In this document: positions 11,863 through 23,977 of the stretch, one piece after another
Layout of the letters: each line of letters begins with the position of its first letter
How positions within the stretch are numbered: the first letter of the stretch is position 1
Assembly (NCBI RefSeq): GCF_037042905.1
Contig: NC_087245.1
Span: 2,358,001-2,422,000, forward strand
From: Lytechinus pictus
Taxonomy: Eukaryota
Direction: 5' to 3'
Length of the DNA stretch: 64,000 bases
Notes under the pieces: generated by a model
Database searches by the model: none
Told to the model about the DNA's origin: nothing
What the model saw: only the letters and a program-made list of their open reading frames with translations
Program-made: the position numbers and the translations under genes

Positions 11863-12535
11863 AAACTAGAACTATCAATAAAGGTGATTAAGTGCTTGAT
11901 ACTTCTGGTGTTACCATGGCAACAATTTCAACACTTGGAAAAATTAACCTTGCCTATTTTTACTAGACAAATGTGTGAGCTAAAATCATGAGAATTGGTT
12001 AAAAACTGATAAAGTAGTTAAAATTGCAAGATTTTTACAGTATATATTGTTACCAAGGCAACATGATTACTGAAATGGAAAAATATGTCCTGCACATCTT
12101 CACCTTAAAACTGATGTCTGAGCCTAATTTCATGAGAACTGATTGAAATCTAATGTACATGTAGTACAAATCGAAAGATTTTGTTACCAAGGCAACACAA
12201 TTTCCGATACACACAAAATATGTATCTCACACATCTTTACCTCAAAACGAATGTGTGAGCCAAATTTCACAATTGGTTGAAAATTGAAAAATTCAAACCG
12301 CAAGATTTTTACACAAATCTAACTTCATAATGTGCTGTTACCATGGCATAATGATTTCTGAAACTAAAAAAATGAGTCTTGAACATCTATACCCCCAAAT
12401 CGATATGTGTTCCAACTTTCATGAGAATTGGTAAAAAACCGAGGGAGTAGTTTGATGCGCAAGTTTTGCAAGGGACCGACTGTACACTGATTTCTATATA
12501 CCCCTTCAAACTTTGTTTGGTGGGGGTTTAATAAA
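11863..12535 (+). mobile_element. Second Tsp/DINE-like family with 4 tandem ~135-155 bp units
   Basis: Units marked by GTTACCA(T/A)GGCA at ~11910, 12048, 12183 and 12337; 3' hairpin ATACCCC...GGGGGT. Confidence 0.7.
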
Positions 12536-12689
12536 CAAATACATAGCTTGCTGTGTGATTGTGAATGTAAACAATGTGATGTTCTAAACTAGCTTATTAT
12601 GGTCCTGCAAAATGAATGGGGTATTACCAATAAATACATACTTACCAACTGTTCCCTTCTGAAATGGTCTTTAAAAAGTATGAAATGCC

Positions 12690-12905
12690 CAAACATTGAC
12701 AGATAATCTAATCAAATACCAACTTGTACTAAAAAATCTCTAAACCATGGCCATTAGTTATTCATTTTAGGGAACGATGATCTCTTTCTCATTAAGACGA
12801 GAATGGTTGATCAGCTTATAAATACCGTAAATAATCAAATGGTGGTTGGTTGAAAGATTTTTTAACAGGCTGACATTTTGATATCAGATTATCTGTCAAT
12901 ATTTT
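12690..12905. repeat. Small inverted-repeat element
   Basis: ATTGACAGATAATCT at ~12695 is inverted as AGATTATCTGTCAAT at ~12886-12900. Confidence 0.55.
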
Positions 12906-13806
12906 ATGTGCAAAAATTAACATAGGTCCATGTGCTTGATTTGTTGCTATAGAGCTTCAAAGTTCACCTAATGGATGTTCTTAAGAATTGCGCATTCAAA
13001 AGAATTTGGCGTTTTTAGACCTCATATGATCACTACAATGAGTTTAAACCTATATCACTCAGTCAAAATCTATGAAAAATCCATCAAATTATGCAATATA
13101 GTTCACTGTATCCTTAAGATAAAGAATCTATTCATATTGCTATTTGTTTGCTTTTTTTAGTCGAACAGCTATGTCAGTTCTTAAAATACTAGTAGTGTGA
13201 AAGCTATAAAACAAAAAACCAATCACAAAAATGTGAAATTTCAAAAATAAACTTGAGAAGTAAATAAATTCAGCACTTTATTCAAAACCCATATCATTTT
13301 CATCAAACTTTGCAAAGTTGTGTAGGAAGGTACCAACCAACATGCTTATATAGCGCATATCACTGCCAAATGTAGTATACCTATTAGGTGCAAACCTAAA
13401 AAATTGGGGTTCATTTGCTTGATTTCAAACTATCAGCACTTTTATTAGAGCAAATGTGATTTTTAAAACACAAAAAACATGCCAAATTCTTTTTATCTAT
13501 GTGAGGAAAAATTCCAAACCACTCTACCATTTATTCAAACTAGGGGTCGTATTCGTCATACTTTGCAACACTGCAGAGTAAAGTATATTGAAATTGTTGA
13601 GGTATTTAAAAAAAATGGTCCATGGAATAATTCCAGTTTATTAGCTTCATGAAATAACAAATCAAATCTGCAGTTAAGAGTGCAGATGAGAAAAATCAGC
13701 TCATACTGACAGCTGAATAATCACCTGTTCATCAATTGTGATGTCACAGCGCAAATAGTGTAATAATGCATGGATCATGATGCGCACAAACATAACTGTA
13801 ACATCC
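12906..13806 (+). mobile_element. Left-truncated copy of Kolobok-like family E
   Basis: Colinear with ~33400-34262; ends AACTGTAACATCC|TTAA. Confidence 0.85.
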
Positions 13807-14230
13807 TTAAGAGAACCTGTACTTTACTCTGCAGCGCTGAAATTAATTGATTTTAATCAGTAAAGTGAAAAAATTATACATTTTTTAATTTTGGCTAAAA
13901 AGACTATCTGCATTGGATTTCTCCACGAATTCATGTTTTTGAGCAATTATGGGTCTGCATGCACTAACGAAATGTTGTGTAATTTTGGAACTGCGTACCT
14001 GGGGTTCACAATTTCACTCCTAAAAGTTGCGCAAGACTAAAACATAAAAGCAGTGGAATAAACTTATAATTAATTGGAGCTCAACATTAGTGTGACTTTT
14101 TTTTAGGGGTTTACCATGCGTGGTCACATTTCATGAAATTGCAGCTAGCATGTCATGTCTCGTGTAATGCTCATTACGTACAAAGATAGGCAAAGATTAA
14201 GAGCAAGGTATCCAATAGTATGCCCTTTAA

Positions 14231-14566
14231 AAATTTAACCACAGTGTTGATACTGTACATGACTGAGGTTTCCAATTCATCTCCTCCAGGAAAATTGAAA
14301 CTTCATCTAAGGTTATCAATAATTCTACACTTCAATCGACTTCATCAATGATTGAATCATTGTCTTTCGTCATATTATGACTTGAATCTTCATTTTAACT
14401 AGAGATTGAATGTAGACATTGAAATTTTGATTGAATGATATAAGACAATAATGGTCTCTCTCTAATCATTCTACAACCTGTTTGTAATCTGCTTTTTTAT
14501 GTCTACTATATAGAAAAAGATAACATGTTCCATACAGATTGATCAAACACTGTGGTTAAATTTAAA
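14231..14566. mobile_element. TIR element, superfamily unclear
   Basis: 18-bp IR AAATTTAACCACAGTGTT, flanked by direct repeat CCCTTTAA (14223-14230, 14567-14574). Confidence 0.6.
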
Positions 14567-14991
14567 CCCTTTAACCTAGTAGGATGAAAACTTTGTCACA
14601 TCTTGTTCTATTTGTCTATCTTGTAATAATTTTGGAAAGGAACAATTTATATAAATTTCAGAAATCTCTTTCCGAGGATAGAAATAGTAAATAGCATCTG
14701 TAATAGGTGCAATTCTAGCCCGTACGTATTGACAATGACAAAAATGATGGCATGTTTATATAATATAGTGGCAAAGAAAAATAATAAAATAATTCTCCAG
14801 AAACATGTGTTGCTCACACGGGCAATACAAAAAAAAAAAAAAATGAAATAAAACTTGCGTTGAGTTTGGCGGTCTCCCTCTTTCCTCCTCATCATACATG
14901 TATGTCAATCCAAATTTTGTCTGGAAGGGAAAAGAATTTTAAAAGTCTGATATTATAAATTTTCTCTCACTATCCTCCTTTTTTTTCATAG

Positions 14992-15071
14992 GTTAAATTA
15001 CTCAATGTCCTTGAGTGGGACTCAATAGCTACTCTACAAAATTTCACAAACTGGAAGCTTTCACTCGCAAG
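14992..15071 (+). other. Candidate internal exon (80 nt)
   Basis: Long polypyrimidine tract plus TAG acceptor; AAG|GTAAAA donor; one open frame VKLLNVLEWDSIATLQNFTNWKLSLA. Confidence 0.4.
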
Positions 15072-15438
15072 GTAAAAAACTGAGATTCAAACATTGATTT
15101 TCTAATGGTAATTAGATAAATCAATTTTACTTTGTGGGTGGACAGAATAATCTAATAATTGTGAATTCTTATCAACTTGCAGTAAGAAATGTGATTTTAA
15201 AAAATGATCGAAATTATTTACTGAGCATTTTAAGTTTGACAAAACTGCAATTAGAAATTGGTTTTATCTATCCTTTGAAGTGGCGTAATGCACCAAAAAT
15301 GTAAAAGGGGCTAGATATATGGCGCATCAAGTGAAATTCATTAAAAATTTGCAAACAAGAAAAGGTTTTGACATTTTGAATACAAATTTCCATTTTGGTG
15401 ATAGATTTTGAGATATTTTTCAGGAAATATCATCTCAC

Positions 15439-15586
15439 CTTTATTTTTTCCAAGGCAGAAATCTACTAAGTAATCCACGGTTGGCATGGCCAACCACCAG
15501 CTCTGGAGAATTGGGTGGTTGGACTTGGACGGCTTCCTCCTCATCCACCTCATCATGTATATTCAGCACATCCACCCAAATTTTGT
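15439..15586 (-). other. Candidate exon (148 nt)
   Basis: Acceptor TTCTTTTCCCTTCCAG; donor AAG|GTGAGA; reads KIWVDVLNIHDEVDEEEAVQVQPPNSPELVVGHANRGLLSRFLPWKK-stop. Confidence 0.35.
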
Positions 15587-15670
15587 CTGGAAGGGAAAAG
15601 AATTTTAAAAGTTAGATATTATAAATTTTCTCTCACTCTCCTCCTTTTTTTCATAAGTTAAATTACTTAA

Positions 15671-16262
15671 AGGGGAATCCAGCCTTGGCCATAAAATGTT
15701 GTGTTGGGAAGGAGAAAAATAAATTAAACAGAATGGTGAAAGTTTGAAAGAAATCGGACAAGCAATAAGAAAGTTATAGCTGCTTTAAAATTGAGATCAC
15801 TAATATGTAGATTTCAAATTGGCAACTGGGTAAGTAAATTATGACAAGGGGCAAGGACAACTTTCCCATAGTCCAAGTACTTTATTATCAGGGATTTGTG
15901 GTTTTCTCCTAAGTACCCATTCCCCTGGGGCAGTAATCTAAATATAACCCAGGTAGTATATTGTTTTATGTCCTCATGAAAGAAAAATATAATTTGAAAT
16001 AAAACTTTTGGGAAAAATGAGATTTTAGCCATAATATGTATTGGAGTACATAGAAGAGTAGTCCTTGCCTTACATCACTATGACATCCCATATGCGGCCA
16101 ATTTGAAGTCTCCATGGGTATAGTGATTACCAATGTTTACAACTTTTAAAAATTCATAACTTTTTTGTTGTTTGTCCAATATTGTTCAAACTTTCACCTA
16201 TCAACTTGTCTGATTTTTCTCTTTCTTATAAAAACAAGTTTTTATTTGGGTTAGATTCCCCT
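15671..16262 (+). mobile_element. Kolobok-like MITE, family B copy 1
   Basis: TTAA TSD; TIR AGGGGAATC; nearly identical to 50497-51091; empty paralogous site at ~15002. Confidence 0.92.
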
Positions 16263-16737
16263 TTAATGTCCTTGAGTGGGACTCAATAGCTACTCCACAA
16301 AATGTCACAAACTGGAGGCTTTCACTCGCAAGGTAAAAAACTGAGATTCAATAATTGATTTTCTAATGGTAATTAGACAAATCAATTTCACTTTGTGGGT
16401 GGACAGAATAAGCAAGCCCAGAATGCTTTTCAACCCAAGGATTGCTGAAATTGACCGTTAATCATCATCAACATCGTCTTCACGGACATTTCAACTCGTT
16501 ACAGTGACTCTTTATTCATCGTGCTTCAACATCAACTTCATCATCGCCATCATTGGGAACTTTAATTAAAGAAATCTTCGCCAGCCTACTTGGATCTTAC
16601 TTTGGATTATTATCACAATTTCAAGAGACGTAAGACCATTATTATTTTTCATTTGTTTTATGTTATCAATTTCCATAATAAAAGTAAAGGAAATCAAATT
16701 AAAAAACATTTCATTGTTATTTGTTGCAGTATCGTAA

Positions 16738-17624
16738 CAATAGAGAAAAATCAAACAACAATAAACGCTGAAAATTTCATCAAAATCGGATGTAAAATAA
16801 GTTATGACATTTTAGAGTTTCGCTCATTTTTCACATAAGAGTTCCATGCTCAAGTCAGTGATATGCAAATGAGAGAGTCGATGTCACTCACTCAATACTT
16901 CTTTTGTTTTTTATTGTTTGAATTATACAATATTTCAATTCTTATAGATTTGACAATTAGGGCCCTCTTGTTTGAACCACAAAATGTTAAAACAATCATA
17001 TTCCACATGTTCAGGAGGGGATGAAACTTCCCATGACAATAAGGAGAAAATTGGGATATTTCATATTTCACATAATAAAATACAAAAGAAATAGTGAGTG
17101 GGTGATGTCATCGGCCCCTTCATTTGCACACTGACCAGGATGTGCATATAACTGTTTTGTGAAATTTAACGAAACAGTGATATGAACAACTGCGTGACAT
17201 GCAAATGAGTCAGTCGATGATGTCTGTCACTCACTATTTCTTTTGTTTTTTATTGTTTGAATTATACAATATTTCATTTTTTACAAATTTGACAATACGG
17301 ACCAACTTGACCATATAATATTAAATAATGCTAATTCCACGCGTTCAGGGAGGAATTAATTGTTGTTTCACTTGACAATGAGGAGAAAATCAGAATATTT
17401 CATATTACATAAATAAAATACAAAAGAAATAGTGAGTGGATGATGTCATCAGTCTGCCAATTTGCATACCGATCAGGATGTGCATATAACTGTTTTGTGA
17501 AATTTAATGAAAATTTAAAATGTCATAACTTTCTCATTTTACATCAGATTTTGATGAAATTTCTGTGTTATGCTTGTTTGAATTTTTTATTCAAATCATA
17601 TTTTTGTTGGGTTGGACTTGTCCT
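16738..17624 (+). mobile_element. Kolobok-like MITE family D, left-truncated with duplicated core
   Basis: Homologous to 20396-20988; right end GGACTTGTCCT|TTAA; the internal core occurs twice. Confidence 0.8.
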
Positions 17625-18221
17625 TTAATAAAGACTTTATTAATGGTTTGTAAAAGACATGACTGAAATTGAACTTTTGACCCCTAGAAAGTTTGAACAC
17701 AATTGATGCAGATATAAAAGAATGAGAAAGTGACCTTTAGACTCCCAGATAACATTTGAACCCACCATCTTCAACAAATATTTGGCTTTAACAATAAATC
17801 ATTCCTTTCAAGTTTGAACAATACTGATGAAGAAAACAAATGACCTTTCGACCCCTAGATGACCTTTGACCTCATCAGCACACACACGGGGTATATTTCC
17901 CAAGGCCAAGGATTATTGGAACAAAGTGTGAGTACAGTTGATGCGGAAATAAAGAAATGCAAGCAAGTAAAAATAAAACCTTCACATTTTCATAACATAC
18001 ATGTACATCCCCTGTGTAAAAGTAGAATAGTCTCGACACCCATGTATAATACATGTACATGTAATAGCAAATGGGAAGATCTATTTCCTATAGAGGGACA
18101 ATTGATCTGAGATTGAGGGGAAAGGGCCATTTCTTTTATATGTAGGCCTATCTACTTTGTTTATTTAATTACTCATGTATTTTTCTTTTATTCTTGATTT
18201 TTCCAATGAATTTTCCTGCAG

Positions 18222-18292
18222 GCTTTTATTCAATCATAATTACTACAAAATTAATCAGTCATTTGTGAATTCCATGACAGTTTCCAACGAAG
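18222..18292 (+). other. Candidate internal exon (71 nt)
   Basis: Pyrimidine-rich acceptor TTTTCCTGCAG; donor AAG|GTAAAT; open frame LLFNHNYYKINQSFVNSMTVSNE. Confidence 0.35.
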
Positions 18293-19336
18293 GTAAATGA
18301 TCTTCTCTGCAAGATGATAAATATGAAAGTGGAGTGCCTCTGGCGGTCTCACCTGCATCATGCGATTCAATATAGCAGCAGTGCTGACTTTGAAAACTAC
18401 TATAAAATAATTGTTCACAAAAACACCATTCATATAATGATACAATACTATGTTCATTGACAATAAATTATATTTGACCTTGATCGTGCAACCTAAGACT
18501 TGTCAGTGATACTTGATAACCCATATATCCACATTTTATAAACTCTATCTATAAACTTTAAAAAAAGTTATGACAGCAATGAGATGTTCAGTTATATACT
18601 TGATTACTGTTATATCCAACTAAGTTTAATGAAATAGATCCATACACTTTCAGAGTAATGATGGTTATTCAACATATTGACCTTGAATGACCAGTGACCT
18701 TGGTCGTGTGACCTGAAACTTGCACAGGATGTTTAGTGATACGTGATTACTCTTATGTCCAAGTTTCATGAATCAGATCCATAAACATTCAAAGTTATGA
18801 TGGTAATTCGTCAAATACATGTACCCCTAACATGGCCAAAACTTAATTGCCCTTTGACCTTGGCAATGTGACCTGAAACTCAAACAGGATGTTCAGTGAA
18901 ACTTGATTACTCTTATGTCCATGTTTCATGAATCACATCCATAAACACTAAAAGTTGTGATGGTAATTCAACAGATACCCCCAACTTGGCCAAAGTTCAT
19001 TGACCTTAAATGACCTTTGACCTTGATCATGTGACCTCAAACTCACACAAGATGTTCAGTGAAACTTGATTATTCTTATGTCCATGTTTCATGAATCACA
19101 TCCATAAACATTAAAAGTTGTGATGGTAATTCAACAGATACCCCCAACTTGGCCAAAGTTCATTGACCCTAAAGGACCTTTGACCTTGGTCATGTGACCT
19201 GAAACTCAGGCAGAATGTTAAGTAATACTTGATTAACCTTATGTCCAAGTTTTATGAACTAGGTCCATATATTTCTAAGTTATGATGGCATTTCAAAAAC
19301 TTAACCTTCGGTCAAGATTTGGTGTTGACAACGCCG

Positions 19337-21051
19337 CACAGTGGGCCGGGGCGAAACAAAATGCGCCAAAAGTCATTTTGGGCAATTTCAGATTTTTAAT
19401 TTTTGTCATGCCCAGCAGAAAGACAACACTTTGAAGAATACTTCAGCAAAATATTTCATTCGGGAATTTGCATAAAGGTTGTTAATTTCCTACCTCAAAT
19501 CGTAAAAAATGTGACGTTTTGCGAAATGCCGCGTATATGACAACTTAGTTGAAAAACAAGCCATTTCACAGGAGGTTTATAGGATAATTATTCCTCGAAA
19601 TAGGCTGATAATGTTTTTTGCATTTATATTAGAAACTTTTAGATTTCCATGGATTTCCATTTAAATTCTATCATCATCATTTTCCCCAATGTCTAAGCTT
19701 TAAGTCGATACCAAATTTAGCTGCCTGTTTTCGCCCGTTTTCATGATCGAGCCGATTTTACTTGACACAACACCCCCAAAACCTGTTAAAAAACGGTCAT
19801 TTTTATATCGCGCAGTCATCGCATCGCACCGTGTGGGGTGTACATTGTCGCCGTTCACTTTTGCAAGGCGAGGACGATTCCCCTTCCATTCCATGAAAAT
19901 GACATGAATTCCGGGCTTAATGTAAACAAAATGAAGGTTGATAACGCATATAAGGGCTATACCCACAACTCTTCCAGAGATAAAACCTACTTGTAGAATA
20001 TTTTCAGCCAAAAGCCCTCCTCATAGTAAAACATTTGTGGTGTTTTATACTCTGCGTTTTACCCAAGTCTACACAGCTTGATAAAGCACAGTTAATACTT
20101 TTCAGATTTTAAAGTATATATTTAATCTAATGTTCATTAGATGCCATAAAATTATTTTCAGGATCTGATACACTTTTTAGGCAAGTGAGATGCATAAACC
20201 AACATTCACTCTGGTCAATCTTAAAGTAACACATAACACAGAGTTTATATACTGCACATTGTTTAGCGTAATTTGTCTTTTCACAGATGGGTTTTAGGTA
20301 GCCAATCAAAATTTGGTATCAAAGTGACGTCACATCGGCTTTAATTTATGTCCAGTCGATTCTACGCCCAAAATTACCATGAGTCTACAAGTTAAAGGTC
20401 AAGTCCACCCCAGAAAAATGTTGATTTCAATCAATAGAGAAAAATCTAACAAGCATAATGCTGAAAATTTCATCAAAATCGGATGTAAAATAAGAAAGTG
20501 ACATTTTAAAGTTTCAATTATTTTTCTCAAAACAATTATATGCACAACTCAGTGATATGCAAATGAGAGAGTCGATGATGTCCATCACTCACTGTTTCTT
20601 TTGTTATTTATTGTTTGAATTATACAATATTTGAAATTTTACAGAATTGACAATAATGTAGCTAACTTGACTGAACCACATAATGTTAAACAATGTTAAT
20701 TCCACATGTTCAGGGAGAAATAAACTCAATTTCACATGACAAGGGGGAGAAAATCAAAATATTTCATATTTCAAATAGTAAAAGAAATAGTGAGTGGGTG
20801 ACGTCATCAGTCCCCTCATTTGCATACCAACCAGGGTGTGCATATAACTGTTTCGTGAAATTAAGCGAACTTTAAAAGGCCATAACTTTCTTATTTTACA
20901 TAGGATTTTGATGAAATTTTCAGTGTTATGTTTGTTGGATTTTTCTCTTTTTATTCAAATCCACTTTTTATTAGGGTGGACTTGTCCTTTAAGTAAAGTA
21001 TATCAAGGAATATAATTTTGGCGCACTTTCAACTCATTCTGGCCCACTGTG
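19337..21051. mobile_element. Non-autonomous Transib/RAG-like transposon with RSS-like ends
   Basis: TIR CACAGTGGGCC plus shared TGCGCCAAAA further in. CGCCG duplicated at 19332-19336 and 21052-21056 (GC-rich 5-bp TSD, as for Transib and RAG). No transposase ORF recognised. Confidence 0.78.
20396..20988 (+). mobile_element. Kolobok-like MITE family D, complete, nested in the Transib-like element
   Basis: TTAA TSD; TIR AGG(T/A)CAAGTCCACCC; long imperfect arms. Confidence 0.9.
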
Positions 21052-21443
21052 CGCCGCTGTCGGAAAAGCGGCGCCTATAGTCTAATTCTGCTATGTAGGT
21101 AATACAAAAACTGCACATTTTCAAATGTGTGGTATTTTTTGTGAGATTGGTCTCAAAAGTTGTTCAAGAAAACAAGTGGAATGCCTCTGGCATTCTCCCC
21201 TGCATTAAGCAATGCGATATAGCAGCAGTGCTTCCTTTGAAAATAGCTAATGAATACTATTCACAGAAGAAAACACTAATATGATAATAAAATATTATGC
21301 CCATTGACCCAAAATGACCTTTGACCATGATCATGTGACCTAAGACATGTGCAAAACAATCATTCATACTTGATTATCCTTCTGTCGAAGTTTCATGAGC
21401 TAGATCCATAAACTCCCTTGGTTATGATGCCAATTCAACATAT

Positions 21444-23741
21444 GGGCATTTTCACCACAGATGGACACACAGGCAAAAAAATCAAGTTGATATTCATGTC
21501 AAATGCTTTATGTTTTTTAATAATACAAGACCTGAAGTTTCTGAGACAAAGATTTTTTCCGACTCTGGCAGACATTTTTTATTTCAAAATGGCTGCCAAA
21601 GTATGGATACAAATTAGTGTTGAAAATAGTATATTGATACATATTTCGTTTTGACAGATTTTTAAAGAACAGGTTTGATCATGTTTTCGCCTGTGATTTA
21701 GCTTGCTATTATTACAATTTTTAAAATCCCACAGAAAGAAACACCAGTAATTCATTCATCTGATTAAAAAACATTTATGAAGTATGTGATATGGTATTAA
21801 TGTCAGTTACTGAAATCATGAACTTTTTTTTCTCATTTCCTGGAAAAGAGGATATATTATATGAAACTTGGTAGATTTCCTCTCTAGGTAACACCCCTCC
21901 CTTCTACGCCAAAATTAAAGATTACCAATTAACAATGAAGCCATAGGGTACCATTAAATATATGTAATGTCAGTTACCAAGTGGAAAATGTAATGTCAGT
22001 TACCGATATGTAATGTCAGTTACCATGATAAAACATTGGTTACCAATATTGAAGTGCAAATATGTGGTCAATTTTATGGTGAAGAAATATTGTATACTTG
22101 TTATTTAAGTCTTTCCCTTTAAAAGTCACACCAGAAGGAGCTTGCTATTGACTTTTAGAAGGTATAGTTCACAAGGAATACTATATGAAATTATGAAGGA
22201 AGTTGCATCCCATTGTGCAAAAAAAAAATTACTATGAAATTGTTTTGTACATGCACTTACCAAGTACCTAATTTTTGTATCAGACAATTTTTTGTTTGGT
22301 TTTCAGGGGGGGTGTAGTGGGGGTACTTTTCACGACCTATTACCTAAATCTGCAACATTTTTTAAGCTAACATTGTGATGAAGGGGATTTCCAGGGTCCC
22401 TTTTTAGTTTCTAGGATTCTTTTGAGCATTGCCTCGCTAAAAGTAAATTCCTGGTTTTTATGCCTGTTATTAGTGTGGATGTGTGATACATTTTTTGTTT
22501 TTGGTTTACAAGTATAGATGAAAAGTGAAATTTGACAGTTCTGATCAATGTTGCATGGATCTACTAAAACTGTTTTTTTTTTTCTAATTTACAAATAGTT
22601 CAGTTTCAGTTTAGAAGCTGGATTTTTTGTTGACAGCTTAAAAAAGAAATTAGCAAAGAAAATGATTAAACAAATTATGAAGAGAATAGAAATCCGACAG
22701 ATATGAACAAGCATTGCTTGCACTGACCAGAATAAAAATCAATAAAACTACATGGCTGCATGAGATTCGGGGGAGGGGTACGTGTAGCCTAGGGGAGGAG
22801 ACCAATATTCATTTTGCCTTTTTTGAGGGGAGGGAGAGGTTGGAGAAGGAAAAGGTTTAAAAAAGTCAATATAAAACTGATGAATATATTATGGGTGTAT
22901 AGTCAGAAAAATCCATGTGTACAGTCAATTCAATATTAAATTACTATAGGAAAACATGTAGCTGCTATGACCCCCCCCCCCCCCCGAGTAAGTAAAACAT
23001 ACATTTGTTATCTTTTGAAAATTAAAAATGTGAAGTATTATGAAATTTTTATGATTTAAAAAAGCCTTACATATAAGTACCAAGAAAATTATGCCTTTGA
23101 AAGTCATATAGCACTGGTAAATGTTAATGTGTATTGTCAGTTACCAACAAGTAACGATAAAAATGTTCAAATCAAAGAAAGGAATTAAGAAAAAGAAAAA
23201 GTTTTTTCATTGAAATGTTCCTAGAAACTCGGGTATACTTCCACATCAAGCTCACTTTCATGTGAAGCCCTGCACAGAAGATACAATGCAATGATTCCAC
23301 ACATTTGACTTCCATGTGTTATCTCTATGGCAAATTAGGTGTAATGTCAGTTACCAGCATGGTTGCGGAAAAATTATCATAGCTCCCAAAAGACAAAAAC
23401 TAATTGTTTAATATTTTGACACATCTTAACCTAGTAATGGATGTATATTTACATATTCAAATTATTACTCTATCTACTCAGGGACATGAGATATTTCAAT
23501 TTTAATAAACACCCTGAAATTCCATGTCCTTTTGCGTAATGTCAGTTACCGACACATTTTTGCTTGCTGATGCGTAATAAAATGTGGTTACATACAAAAA
23601 ATTAGTATCAGAGTATACAGCAAGGTTCACTTTATTAACTCTATCAAAAGCAAACTCCCATCATGTGTTTTTTTAGAGGTACACACAATGAAAGGTGTGA
23701 AAACATTGTGCCGTGTAATGTCAGTTACCGTGAAAATGCCC
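21444..23741. mobile_element. Non-autonomous Sola2-like element, 2.3 kb
   Basis: Perfect 12-bp TIR GGGCATTTTCAC; 4-bp TSD ATAT/ACAT; about 8 same-orientation GTAATGTCAGTTACC motifs. Confidence 0.8.
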
Positions 23742-23977
23742 ACATACTCCCAACATGGCCAGAGTTCATTGACCTTTAAATGACCTTGAATCTTTACCAC
23801 GTTCCTGAAATGCATACAGGGTATTCAGGGATACACTGCTGCTCTTATTTCCAAGATTCATGAACTAGATCCATAGACTTTTAAAGTGATGACAATTCCA
23901 CAAATACCCCAAACATTACCAGAGTTTGTTGACCCTAAATGACCTTATGTGACCTGAAACTCGTACAGGATGTTTAA

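Larger units (their letters stand above)
14880..16411. repeat. Local duplication of a ~270-bp unit (14880-15150 and 15535-16411, the latter interrupted by a MITE)
   Basis: Near-identical sequence on both sides of the MITE at 15671-16262. Confidence 0.9.
18326..21110 (+). mobile_element. Tsp/DINE-like family C copy 2 (hosts the Transib-like element)
   Basis: Same head, tandem array and tail as 7020-7970, with the tail split at the (GCC)n tract. Confidence 0.85.

Noticed and set aside
12646..12658. 13-nt minus-strand microexon (CAG|...|GTAAGT)
   Set aside because: Good donor but weak acceptor and no independent support.
19700..20011. Transib/RAG transposase ORF
   Set aside because: The 103-aa ORF starts at a non-ATG codon and shows no Transib/RAG1 motifs that I can recognise.
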